From Epithemia pelagica (taxonomy: Eukaryota > Protista > Bacillariophyta), in the NCBI GenBank assembly GCA_946965045.2, contig OX337228.1:62001-126000 (forward strand): a DNA stretch of 64,000 nt, read 5' to 3'. The notes beneath the pieces were generated by a model, which saw only the letters and a program-made list of their open reading frames with translations, did no database searches and had not been told where the DNA came from. How positions within the stretch are numbered: position 1 is the first letter of the stretch; the number at the start of each line of letters is the position of its first letter. Positions 23,328 to 35,446 of the stretch are shown piece after piece. The translations under genes were made by a program, and so were the position numbers.

Positions 23328-26300
23328 ATGAGTGCTGCCGACACCACGACGACGACCAGCAGTGTCTTGTTGGACGAGGGGGGTACTGTCTTGGATGCCG
23401 GCGGGGAACCCACCACCACGGCGGCTGCCGTCTCGCGCATTCCCTCGTCGTCGAATCGACAATACCGTCGCTTTGCGTCGGTCCACGACTATGTGCAGGA
23501 ATGGGCCGGTGATAAGGCCCGCGTGATTACCCGCATTCTCATTGCCAACAATGGCGTGGCCGCCGTCAAGGCCATTCGATCCATTCGACGATGGTCCTAC
23601 GATGTTCTCGGCAATGAAAAAGCCATTTGCTTTGTTGTCATGGCCACACCCGAAGATTTGCGGTACGTTTCAAATGAATGGCAGGAAAATGTGTCACTCG
23701 TAATGTCTCTCTCTCACACACACACTCTTGGTTCTTCTTTGGGTTTTGGTTTCGGAATTGGATGGAATCGTCGTCCTGTGTCATTTGGACAGTGCCAATG
23801 CCGAGTACATTCGCATGGGCGATGTCATTGTCGACGTTCCCGGTGGTTCCAACAATCACAATTATGCCAATGTCACCCTCATTGTCGAATTGGCCCGCTT
23901 GCATGGTGTTCATGCCGTCTGGGCGGGATGGGGACATGCCAGTGAAAATCCCACCTTGCCTGATACCCTACACGCCAGTTTGCCGACCTCCATCAAGTTT
24001 ATTGGACCGGCTGGTCCGCCCATGCGAGCCTTGGGGGACAAAATTGGCAGTACGCTTATTGCGCAATCGGCCGGTGTCCCCTGCATTGCCTGGAATGGAC
24101 AAGACATTACCTGTACCTACGACGCGGAAGCAGGAGAATTGCCGCCGGGTGTCTACGAACAAGCCACGGTCACCACGGCCACGGCCGCCCAAGAAGCCGC
24201 CCAACGCATTGGCTTTCCCATCATGATCAAGGCTTCGGAAGGCGGTGGTGGCAAGGGCATTCGCAAGGTGGAACGGGTCGAGGATGTGGCCGATGCCTAT
24301 CGTCAAGTCTGTGGCGAAGTGCCAGGCAGTCCCATTTTTATCATGCAATTGTCTCGCAATGCGCGACATTTGGAAGTCCAATTGCTGGCCGATGAATACG
24401 GTGCTGCCATTGCCCTCAATGGCCGCGATTGTTCCGTCCAACGACGACATCAAAAAATTATTGAAGAAGGACCGCCCGTGGCGGCACCTCCGGCCGTGTG
24501 GGAACAAATGGAAGCGGCCGCCGTGGCCTTGGCCCAAGCCGTGCAGTATACCAATGCCGGTACCGTGGAATACTTGTACGACGAAGCCACACAAAAATTT
24601 TATTTTTTGGAACTCAATCCCCGTTTGCAAGTGGAACATCCCGTGACGGAAATGATTACCCAAGTCAATTTACCCGCCGCCCAATTGCAAGTGGCCATGG
24701 GCATTCCCTTGCATCACATTCCCGAAATTCGAGAATTGTATGGCCATGCTCGATTTCCGGAACCCGGCACGGATTCCACCATTGAGTTTGCCACGACACC
24801 ACGGAATCAAGCCGTCGGACATTGCATTGCCGTCCGAATTACGGCCGAAAATGCCGAAGCGGGCTTTCAACCGACGTCGGGCGGCATTCAAGAATTGAAT
24901 TTTCGATCGACGCCGAATGTGTGGGGTTATTTTTCCATGGACAGTTCGGGATCGATTCACGAATTTGCCGATTCGCAATTTGGACACTTGTTTGCCATTG
25001 GCGTCGAACGAGAACAGGCCCGACGGAACATGGTATTGGCCCTCAAGGAATTGAGTATTCGTGGCGATATTAGTACGACGGTGGATTATATTTCCAAACT
25101 CTTGGAATTGCCCGATTTTGTTGCCAATCGCATTGATACCGCCTGGTTGGATGGCATTATCCAAACCGTCGGAGGCCTCGAAGGCTTGGCGGCCGCCACG
25201 ACGCAGGATTCGCACACCAGTGGGGCCGCCACCAACCAAGAAGGACCGCACCCACATGTTTATGTGGTGTTGGGGGCTTCGATTTTGGCCTACGATGCCC
25301 GCAAAGACAATGAAACGCATTTTTTGGATTTGTTGGAACAAGGACAGTTACCCAATCGATCACTGTTGCAAATGACCCACAAGATGGAATTGATTTTATC
25401 CTCCATCAAGTACAAGTTGACCTGTGCCTGCAATGGACCGCATGATTTTTCCATTCGCTTGCAAACCAACGACACGGACCTTAGTCCAGCCGTCCAAACC
25501 AATGTGCGTGTCTTGAGTGATGGCGGATACTTGATTGCGATTGGTGGACAATCCTATGTGGCCTATGTCACGAGCCGAAGTACCGTCTCGACCGGACTCC
25601 GATTGACGGTGGGCGGTGCCACGGTCGTCTTTTCGCCCGATTACGATCCCACCTCGCTCCGTACCGAAGTGGCGGGCAAATTGGTCAAGAAATTAAAGCA
25701 CCAAGGCGAGGCCGTCAAAAAGGGCCAGGTCTATGCCGAAATTGAAGTCATGAAAATGTTCTTGCCCGTCCGGGTCGAAGAATCGGGAACCCTGGCCGCC
25801 TGGCATGTCAATGAAGGCGCCGCGCTGGCCGCTGGCGATTTAATGGCCACGGTCGAATTGGACAATCCCGAAAATGTCGCCCGCATTCAAGTCTTTGACG
25901 GTCCTTTGCAAGTGCCGACCACGACGACGAGTATCCAACAACAACAACAACAACCACGACCCCATTTGCAGTTTCGGGCCGCCTTGGAACGGTTGCAAAG
26001 TGCCTTGGCGGGATATCTGCCCACCAATGTCGACCAAGCCTGGGAAACCTTGGCCTTGGCCGTGACGTCGCCTCTCTTGCCGGCCCATGAAATTGAAGAA
26101 CAATTGTCGGTCCTCAATGGACGCATTCCCGCACCCTTGTTTGGAGGCATTTCCCAAGTACTCAAGGACTTTCGTCAAGCCTGGGATGCCCGGGCTTCGG
26201 GAGCGTCGGGAATTCCAGTCAAGTACGTTGTTTTTTATATGTGGTTGTTCTTTCATGTGGGGCAAGATACCAGGCTCGGTGAATGTCAAACTCACTTGCT

Positions 26301-29300
26301 GCATATTGCCATTTATTTTGCAGGTTCCCAGCCACGGATATTCTGTCCATCATGGACAAGTACTATGAAGGAATGGACAATGCAGCGGAGAAGCAAGCGC
26401 TCATGTCGGTTACGGAATTGCTTCGTAACACAGTCTTACCCTATACCAAGAGCAAGGCATCGGGAGTCCCTGGAGCGGAACGTGCCATTCTATGCTTTGA
26501 CGAAATACTCCGCAAGTGGATTTCGGTCGAGCGATGGTTTTGTGAAGGCGGCAGTACCACCACCTTTTCGGATGTGGTGGAAAATCTTCGAAAAGCGCAC
26601 AAGACCGAAGCTCAAACCGTCTTGGACATTTGCCGGGCGCACGAACAGCTGGCCACAACGTCCGGAATTATCCTGCGAATCTTGGGGGCCATTAGTGACG
26701 GTACCCGATTGGATCTAGAAGCCATTGACTCTCCAGATATTGGCAAGATGGTGTCCCTGGTGGCTGGCGCCGAGAGTCTGCCCACTGTCATGCCAGCCAT
26801 TGCGGAGATTGGCTCCTTGGTGGGGAACCAAGATTCCTATGCCGAAGTGACACTGCGGGCACGCAAGTTGCTGATGCAAGTCAGCATGCCTAGCTTTATT
26901 CGACGTCGTGAAAAAATTCTCGGAGCAGCCCAAACCATTGCCGAACAAGAGGGAGCAGCTCCCTCTCGAGAAGTCCAAGACTTGCTGGCAGACCGGTATC
27001 CCATTGTGGATGTCTTGTTTTCGGTGCTCAAATCATCCGACGTGTCGCCCGCTGTCTCGGTAGGACTTTTGGAATTGTATCTCAGACATTTGTACCGCCC
27101 GTATACCATTAAGAAGTTTGAGAGAGATGTCGACAGTCATGTGGTCAAGTTTTCATTTTTGAACAAACCAGCCGAAGGCGTCTTCAACGCAGGCTTGTCC
27201 ATGACAAGTATGACGGACTTGTCAAGGGCCGTCAGTACTGGTTCCCTGAGCAAAATGGCGGATTCCGCAGAGGACCTCAAGTCCAAAGACACGAGCGACT
27301 CCATGCAAGAGCGCGTGCCTCCAACTGTCGAGAGAACTGGCCTGTGTGTCATTGTGGACAATATCGCCGCTGTGAACTCAACGATGGAGTCTGCCCTCTC
27401 CAGAATTACGCCAAACGCATCTCAAAGTGAAACGAGCCCAGTCAATGTCATGTATCTCATTGTGGTGGGGGAAAATGCCAATGTCGGAGACGAGAATGAA
27501 GACGACATTGCAACCAAATGTGAAGAAGCCCTTGCTCCCTTTGGCAGCCAGCTGACTGCGGCTGGAATGCGTCGCGTGAGTTTCATCTTTGATCGCCGTG
27601 GTGGTGACGTGGATTTGGAGGACTCCACTCCAGCTCTCTTGACGTACCGTGCTCCGAGCTTTAACGAAGATGTGCTGTACCGTCACATTGACCCAAGCCT
27701 TGCTTCGCATCTCGAACTCAGTCGCTTATCGGCCAACTTTACTCTCAAGAGCTTGGGATCCAGGCATTCAGCGGCCTGTCATGTGCACATGTATGACTGT
27801 CGTCCCAAGACAAGTGCGCTGGAAAAAGACAAATGGGCCAAGAAAGATCCTCGTGTCTTTGCCCGAGCGCTGAGCGTGGAAATGGACTTTTCATCCGCTA
27901 GCTTTGAACGTGTGCTTGTGGATGCCTTGAATGCAATGGACCTCTGCTCGTTGAAGAACACGAGTGACAACCATTTGTTCCTGAGTCTTGTCAGTGACTT
28001 TGAACGTAACGTGGTCGACCCTGTCGTGGTCGAACAAATTGTTGCTGGTGTGGTCAAGCGTCATAGTCATCGCATTTCGGCTCTCCGGATTGTGGAAGTT
28101 GAAACACGAATTGTATGCTGCTTGAGTCCCGACTCGCCTCCTGTGGCGATCCGTTTGTTCTCGAGTAATCCCACTGGGTTTGTCCAAGTGATGAACACAT
28201 ATGTGGAGGCAGCGAGTGATACTCAGCGTGTCTACAAGCTCATTGGAGGAACCAAGGCCAGTTTGGCTGGTACAGGTGATAGCTCCTGGGATGGTAAAAA
28301 TGTGAATACGCCCTACCCCTTGACACGTCCCTTTGATGCCCAGCGTAAGGCAGCTCTTCGATCCTCGGACACTGTATACTGCTATGATCTACCCGCCTTG
28401 TTTGAAGCCGCGGTCGAGCAACAATGGGAAGAAGCATTGGAAAAGAACCAAAAGGGCTCACGCAACACCTCGCGGCCTTTGATGGTGATGTACACCACAG
28501 AACTTGTGGTCAAGAAGAAGAACGGTGTGCCTACGCCTTGGACGTTGCAAGACTATCGGAACGGCGACTTGCAGCTTGTCCAAGAAAATCGCGGAGCTGG
28601 GCACAACAATGTCGGAATGGTGGCATGGCTCGTGACATTGCGGACCGTGGAATGTCCTAGTGTAAGAACTTTGTTTGGCTCGGAGCTTTCAGTGTGGTGA
28701 TCACCCCCGTGTATTTCGAAATGTCTCACGTCTTCCTTTTTGCTTTCTTGCTTGCTGTTGTGTTGAATACGCAGGGACGACAAGTCATTCTTATTGCCAA
28801 CGATATTACCGTCAAGGCTGGAAGTTTTGGAACACGCGAAGATGTCGTGTTCAAAATGGCATCCGATATGGCACGGGAAAAGCGGATACCCCGTCTCTTT
28901 ATTGCCGCCAACTCGGGAGCCCGGATTGGGTTGGCCGATGGTGTCAAGAAAGCCTTTCAGGTGGCCTTTAAGGACCCGGCCAAACCGGAAAATGGCTTTG
29001 ACTTTTGCTATCTCGAAAAGGACATGTACGATAAATTAACGGCCGATGATTCCTTTCCCGAAGTGAGATGCGTGGAGGACACGTACAATGGACGACCCGT
29101 CTACCGCATTACCGACATTATTGGCAAGGAACCTGACTTGGGTGTGGAAAATCTTCAAGGATCGGGTCTCATTGCCGGCGAAACGAGTATTGCCTACGAG
29201 AATATCTTTACCATGACGGTGGTGTTGGGTCGTACCGTGGGAATTGGAGCCTACTTGGTCCGCCTCGGTCAACGAACGATCCAGAAAACGGCGGCGGCTC

Positions 29301-30835
29301 CCATTATTCTGACGGGATACCAAGCTCTCAACAAACTCATGGGTGTCGATGTCTATTCGACCAATGAACAAATTGGAGGACCGGGCATTATGCACTTGAA
29401 TGGCATTTCGCATCAGGTGGCACCGGATCCGCTCTTGGCCGTCAAGGCCGCCGTGGATTGGCTCTCGTATGTGCCTTCGACCCGCGGTGGGTTGTTGCCC
29501 GTGACGGACATTACCGGGATTGACAATGTGGAGCGCAAAATTGCCTTTTGTCCCCAAGCCGGTGCTCCGTACGATCCCCGAATGCTCGTGGGTGGCGGAC
29601 ACGACGACGATGGCAATTGGATTAGTGGCTTTTTTGACAAGGATAGTTTTACGGAAAGTTTGGCTGGTTGGGCCAAGACCGTCGTGGTGGGACGAGCGCG
29701 ATTGGGCGGGATTCCCATGGGTGTCATTATCACCGAAAATCGTACGGTCGAAGCCATTCGTCCCGCCGATCCGGCCGATCTCAAGGCGTCGGAAACGGTC
29801 AATCAAGAGGCGGGTTGTGTCTGGTTCCCCAGTTCGGCCTACAAGACGGCTCAATCCATTAACGATTTCCGGACCGAAGATTTACCACTCATTGTCTTTG
29901 CCAATTGGCGTGGGTTTAGTGGCGGACAGCGGGACATGTTTGAGGAAGTGTTAAAGTATGGTTCCATGATTGTCGATGCCTTTTGTGCGTACGAACAACC
30001 CGTCTTTATCTTTATTCCTCCCTTTGGTGAAATTCGGGGAGGAGCCTGGGTCGTGTTGGATTCCTGCATTAATGCGTCCGTCATGGAAATGTATGCCACC
30101 AAGGGTACGGCCCGGGGCGGTGTCTTGGAAGCCAATGGCGCCGCCTCGGTCAAGTACCGGACCCGCGATTTGATTGCCACCATGCATCGGTTGGACAGTG
30201 CCCTGATGAAATACGATCAAGACTTGTTGTCGGCAGTGGACGAAACGACCCAAGCGGACATAAAGGCGCACATTGCGGCCCGCGAGCACCAACTCTTGCC
30301 CGTGTACGAACAAATTTCGGTGCAATTTTGCGAATTGCACGATACACCGGGTCGCATGAAGGCCGTGGGTGTGATTGAACAAGAGGTGGAATGGGAAACT
30401 TCTCGATCCTACTTTTATTGGCGACTCCGTCGCAAATTGGCGGAATTTGATTTGCGTCGGCAATTGATTGAAGGGTCCAACTTGGGACGGGGGGTCAAGG
30501 CCTTGACGCCCTTGGAGGCGTCGGCCATGATTCAACAATGGTTTACCCAAGATACTGCCGGAACGTCATCGTCGTCCTTGTGGAAGCATGACGACAAGGC
30601 CGTCTTGGCGTGGATGGCCGATCATCATGCCGATTTGGAACAGCGCATTTTGGGCTTTCACAAGGAGGTGGTATCGGCCGAAGTCGCCCAAGTCATTACG
30701 GCGGGTGGCAATACCGCGCAAGTGGGCATTGCCGGCATTGTCGAAGGCCTCTCGCGCGGCGTCGATCAATTGTCGCCCGAGGAACAACGACAAGTACGAG
30801 CCTTGCTCCGCACGACGTTTGGACTCGACGCGTGA
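23328..30835 (+). CDS. ACC: Homomeric acetyl-CoA carboxylase, probably the cytosolic isoform, 4 exons (23328-23662, 23793-26222, 26324-28661, 28775-30835)
   Basis: BC domain ([35 protein letters not shown]), biotin site EVMKM, central domain, CT domains ([29 protein letters not shown]). GT-AG introns in phase. No signal peptide at the N-terminus. Confidence 0.96.
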
Positions 30836-31600
30836 TAGAGGCGAAATCTCTAGAATACCAAACTTAACACACCAACGAGTAAAGTAGTAACGATTAGGAA
30901 ACAGAATTCTCTACTAGTAGACAAGAGTTTCTTTTATACTCTCTCTAGAGTGTATAAAAGGTGGTGATTCACACCCAACGACTCGAGAGCCACGGCAACA
31001 ACAACAAGAAGCCATTGGGTTCGCCTGGTGGATACTTTGTGTGGTTTCATTCCTAGTAGGAGCTACTTTTTGGTTTGCTGCTGCTTGTCTTGAAGAAATT
31101 CTTGAAGGAGTTCTTGTCCTTGTTACACAGGGCCTTGGGGACATTTTCCTTGCTCCACTCCCATGCTTTGGTCGCATGTTCTTGCAAGACATCGAGTGTC
31201 GACCAATGGTCGGCCGAGGAACAACGCCAAGTGCGAGCCTTGCTCCGCACCACGTTTGGTCTCGATGCGTCCTAGAGGCAAAATCTCTAGAATACCAAAC
31301 TGGACACACCAACGAGTAAAGTAGTAACACTATTAGGAAACAGAATTCTCTTCTAGTAGACAAGAGTTTCTCTTTAGAGTGTATAGAAGGTGGCCAACGA
31401 TTCAAGAGCCTTCAAGAAGAAGAACAACAAGAAGCCAATTCTTTCGTGTTGTGCATGCTTTGTAGTGTTCCATTCCTAGTTGGTTACTTTTTGGGTTGCT
31501 TGTCTTGAAATTCTTGAAGGATTTCTTGTCCTTGTTGCAATGCCTTGGGGACATTGACCTTGCTCCACTCCCACGCTTTGGCCGCTTGTTCTTGGAGGAC
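30761..31600. repeat. Tandem duplication (~437-bp period) of the convergent ACC / Rossmann-gene 3' junction
   Basis: The ACC tail ([24 protein letters not shown]) recurs at 31198-31275. The tail of the minus-strand gene (KAWEWSKVNVPKAL) recurs at about 31053-31190. Confidence 0.93.
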
Positions 31601-32557
31601 TTTTATGGCATCGGAAAACCCTGTTGCGGGTGGATCGTTGGTGAGTGCTTTAATGGCAGCGGTTCCATCAATCACCGATTCGGTACAGTCTCCCACTGCT
31701 GCCGCCGCACAGGCCTTGGCCACGGCCGTGACCGACACGGGAGGTCGCAAGGCTACCTTGACCAATCCCGGAGGCAACAAGTCGGCCACAGTTGTAACAA
31801 TTGGCCACGACAAGACTTGTTCGACGGCCGAACCGTATTCGGTCGTGACGCGGGGCGGAGCAATGCCAAACGACGAACCGCCATAGATGAAGGAGGGTTG
31901 AATCACGGTGCATTTCGTCGTGTCACCATTCACAGCCTCCAAGGCGGCGGCCGCTGCTTCTTGTTTGCCTTGGACATAGCTGGCGACAAAGTCGGGAATG
32001 CCAAAGGTTCCTGGCAAGTCGGCCACATCGGCACTGACACCAATCAAGACGGCGCGTTGCAATCCTCCTTGGTCATTGTCCGCAGCCGCAGAAGCCGATG
32101 CTTGAAAGGCAGCGACATTGGCCGCTCCATTGCCTTGCCGTAACGCCGTGGGATTCGTGCCAATGGCCCCGACACAACTAATCACGGCCTGGGGAAAATT
32201 GGCGGCCGCTTGAATGTGGTTGGCATCGTCGGTCCCCAAGGTGGCTTGATTCCACGTGACGGAATTCGTCCAGTCTTGTCCGATATATTCCTGGGGAATC
32301 ACACCCGATTGACTGACACTTGTCACTTGCAGATTGTTGTAGTCCTCGACCAAGGCTTGACAGACGCGAGAGCCAACAAAGCCCGTACCGCCAAAGACGG
32401 TCACTCGTTGAATGTTTTTGTTCGTATTGGTATTCGTACTACTCAAGGCATGAACGCTACTGCCACTCGAGGCCAAGCACAACAGCAACCAGAAGGCAAC
32501 CATTCTCCCCACCCAGAGAAGGAGCATTCGATACGATGGTTGCCACAGAATCTTCAT
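31484..32557 (-). CDS. NAD(P)-binding Rossmann-fold (epimerase/dehydratase-like) protein with signal peptide
   Basis: RVTVFGGTGFVGSRVC glycine motif, VISCVG, YVQGKQEA (YxxxK), IQPSFIYG. Start may be a downstream Met. Confidence 0.85.
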   Translation of the reverse strand: MKILWQPSYRMLLLWVGRMVAFWLLLCLASSGSSVHALSSTNTNTNKNIQRVTVFGGTGFVGSRVCQALVEDYNNLQVTSVSQSGVIPQEYIGQDWTNSVTWNQATLGTDDANHIQAAANFPQAVISCVGAIGTNPTALRQGNGAANVAAFQASASAAADNDQGGLQRAVLIGVSADVADLPGTFGIPDFVASYVQGKQEAAAAALEAVNGDTTKCTVIQPSFIYGGSSFGIAPPRVTTEYGSAVEQVLSWPIVTTVADLLPPGLVKVALRPPVSVTAVAKACAAAAVGDCTESVIDGTAAIKALTNDPPATGFSDAIKVLQEQAAKAWEWSKVNVPKALQQGQEILQEFQDKQPKK

Positions 32558-32669
32558 GGTTTGTGTTGTTTGTTTGGAATAGATGGATCCGTCCCGGGAC
32601 TAACTCCCCCTGCAAACGTGACTGGTGTCAAGATCAAAAAGTCGCAGCGACATTCGTCTCGACCGATCT

Positions 32670-32830
32670 TTCCGCGCGCGTCGGGTTGCCGTGTGCGTGT
32701 GTGTGGACCGTTGGTGGCTCTCATTTTTTTGGGGTGCCATTCTTCTCCACCGTCTTTTGTGTTTGGTTCGGTCGGCACTGTGACTGGTTGCTGGCTGCTT
32801 CATTGCTTGCTTGGTTGGCTCTCTCTCTCT
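32670..32830 (-). promoter_or_regulatory. Shared intergenic cassette copy D, upstream of the Rossmann gene
   Basis: Reverse complement aaaaatgagagccaccaacggtccacacacacgcacacggcaacccgacgcgcgcgg; the upstream cagtcac..tgccgaccga..gaatggcacc also matches 11010-11100. Confidence 0.5.
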
Positions 32831-33991
32831 CTCTTTCCAACCTTGTTTTGGTTTTCGTTGAGAGAATGAGAGAGAGAGAGAGTGAGCCACTAATACAATC
32901 CAATGGTAGCTGCTCGGTGTTGGCACACGGCACAGGATTGCGACCCGAATCATCAATCATGAGGTCTTGGCCACAAAGTGTGGTGGTGCTGCACGGCCAG
33001 TCGAGACACTCGACACCAACGGCTGTCTGGCATTCTACGAGGACTGTGCCACACACGGTCGTTGGTGAGAGAAAGAGTCGTCTCTATACGCTCCACCACC
33101 TCTCCAATCTGCTTCCTCCAAGAGGATCATCCACATATATTCTCGTCACCATTGCCGTTCGCGATCCTGCAAGAATACTGTTTGTGGTCGGTCCTCGAGG
33201 ACGGATTCGAGATCCAGGAATCGGGCTGTAATTCGAGATGGAGGAGTCGTCTATACTCCAATCTACTTTTTCCAACAGGATAAAGAGACCAGAGGACAAC
33301 ACACACTGTTCGTACCGAGTGTACGATTGCCACTCGTAGGAGACACTCCAGGCAAATGTTTCAACTATTATGATTAGGAGCTTTTTGATCCGGGAAACAG
33401 GATTGAGGATATGAGAACTTTATTCGCTTATCCTCATTGGGTGATTACAAACACGTATGACCTAATAAATAGGTATAGCAGCAGCTCTCGCGGCACGACA
33501 AAGCATATAGCTCCATCTCATTGATCCATGACCACCAAAAACAAGAACAGTGAACCAATGGGGTTTCTCCAATCCAACCAACAAGATGACATTTTCTTCT
33601 TCTTCTTCTTCTTTTGGGGACCATGGCAATCCGTCGTATCCTCACTTGGCTGATTGGCGGCCCACAATGAGAATGAATGAATGAATGGATGAATGCTCCT
33701 GAATCGGATTCGTGCAGGTAGTACTACGTTCCAGAGGTGGAAGTCGAGGAGTTCTTTGCAACGACTCGTCATGTTCCGGGTACAGAGATTTGGGCCGGAA
33801 CTCGGGGACGACGAGTCGTCGTAGTCGTTCGACTTGTGGTGGTGGTGGCGGCGTTCTTTTGGATGGCCTTCTCGGTGGTTGCGGTTGAGACGCCGGACTT
33901 TGTCGTCCTTGCCGTGATGGTTGTCGCGGTTGAAGTCGTCGTCCGAGATTGATCCTGCGGATTCTTCGTGTCCGGCGGATTCTTCGTGTCA

Positions 33992-34927
33992 TCATGATTC
34001 GGAGTCTTGACGAATTCCAACGAGAGATACGGGGTGACTTGTTTGCACCACGGCTTGATTGGAAATCCACGACGCGTGCGTGAGCGTGCTACAAGATCGA
34101 AAAGAAGAAGAATCCTTCTGGTTGTGGACCACAAAGGTTCCCGTCGTCAAGACACGGCGGCCTTCCGAGGAGGCGTGGACCCAATACGCACAACCGGTAC
34201 GTGGACAGACCAATCCTTCGACAATCTCAAAGGATCCCCAGAAATCTCGCCCACGTCCCGAAAGAGTCCACACGACACGGTGGTTGTGTGTAGGAGGAGT
34301 GTCGTGTGGTGCTTCACGGTTCCTCGTCACCGTCTTGGTTGGGTTGTTTGTTCGGTCCAACACGAGATGGGTCGTGACGGTCAAAAGTCTCCCATACGCA
34401 CCGTGATAGGTACCCTTGTACAAGCCATTCCGGACGGACAGTGGTGGTTGTGGTGCTTCTGTGTTTGGGATATCATCATCATCATCATCATCCTCTCCCC
34501 CCAAGACGGCTTGACGAGCAGCTTGGTAGGCCGACGCATAGTCTTGTCGTCGTCGTCGTCGTTCTTGTTGTGCTTGTGGTTCGAGTGCGGCTGCCATGGT
34601 GTCTGTTGGCTGGTCGGATTCTTGGTTCTTGTTTGTTTTGGGTCCTTGTCGTTTGGAACACCAGAATCGTCGAAACCACTGGCCAAGCCCAATGGCTACC
34701 ACCACCAACAAAACGACCACGCCAATTCCCCACCCCGTCGTATAATCCTCCTCCTCTCCGTTGCTACTCGAAGATCCATCACCACCACCACCCCCTCGAC
34801 TGGTTCGTCCACCACCACCACCACCACCACCGCGGCCACCACCCCGCAACACTCGGACCAGCAGCGGCTGCACTGGTGGAGTGGTGGTTGCTTTGTCTAG
34901 TTCGTCTTGTCCAAAAAGGAGTGTCAT
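33992..34927 (-). CDS. Gly/Arg-rich single-pass membrane protein with beta-rich domain, copy 3 (1-bp insertion near 34050 relative to copy 1)
   Basis: RVLRGGGRGGGG, TM GWGIGVVVLLVVVAIGLG, NGLYKGTY...WTLSGRGRDFWGSFEIVEGLV...CAYWVH...LTTGTF. caagccgtgg here vs caagcgtgg in copy 1 shifts YLSLEF into ORF 33769-34134. Confidence 0.65.
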   Translation of the reverse strand: MTLLFGQDELDKATTTPPVQPLLVRVLRGGGRGGGGGGGGRTSRGGGGGDGSSSSNGEEEDYTTGWGIGVVVLLVVVAIGLGQWFRRFWCSKRQGPKTNKNQESDQPTDTMAAALEPQAQQERRRRRQDYASAYQAARQAVLGGEDDDDDDDIPNTEAPQPPLSVRNGLYKGTYHGAYGRLLTVTTHLVLDRTNNPTKTVTRNREAPHDTPPTHNHRVVWTLSGRGRDFWGSFEIVEGLVCPRTGCAYWVHASSEGRRVLTTGTFVVHNQKDSSSFRSCSTLTHASWISNQAVVQTSHPVSLVGIRQDSES

Positions 34928-35154
34928 GACGACAAACTCATCGGGCACACTTGAGACGAGATGAGGATGATGATTGACAAGAAGAGCACTTTTCCAATCC
35001 AACAGGATGATGATGATTCGGACGACTCCAAAGACGACAAGAAGTGGCTTGCTTGTGTGTTGCAGCAAAGGACATTTTTGTTTCACCTCTCTGATGTACG
35101 ACAGAGGTGCAATCGGCAAAAGAGAATCGAATGGCAAAAGTTGGAGAGCGAAAC

Positions 35155-35370
35155 GGTGTCACGGTCGGTTCGTATTTTCTGGAATCGCGGATCCATCGCT
35201 CTTTTGAATTTCGCGACCGAACTTTTCGCGCGCGCGTCGGGTCGCTGTGTGCGTGTGGACCGTTGGTTTCTCATTTTTCTGTTGTTGTGTCTTGAGAGAA
35301 TCCACTGGAGAACGGTGCCAGGACAATCGTTTCGCAGTCGGCATGGTAACTGGCTGAGTTGGTGGTTGTT
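35155..35370 (-). promoter_or_regulatory. Shared intergenic cassette copy C in a bidirectional promoter
   Basis: Reverse complement of copies A and B. Confidence 0.5.
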
Positions 35371-35446
35371 TGGTTCTCTCTCCAACCTCGTGTGTGTGTG
35401 TGTGTCCTCTTGAGCGAGGAATCATCGAATCAACAGTATCCGTATC

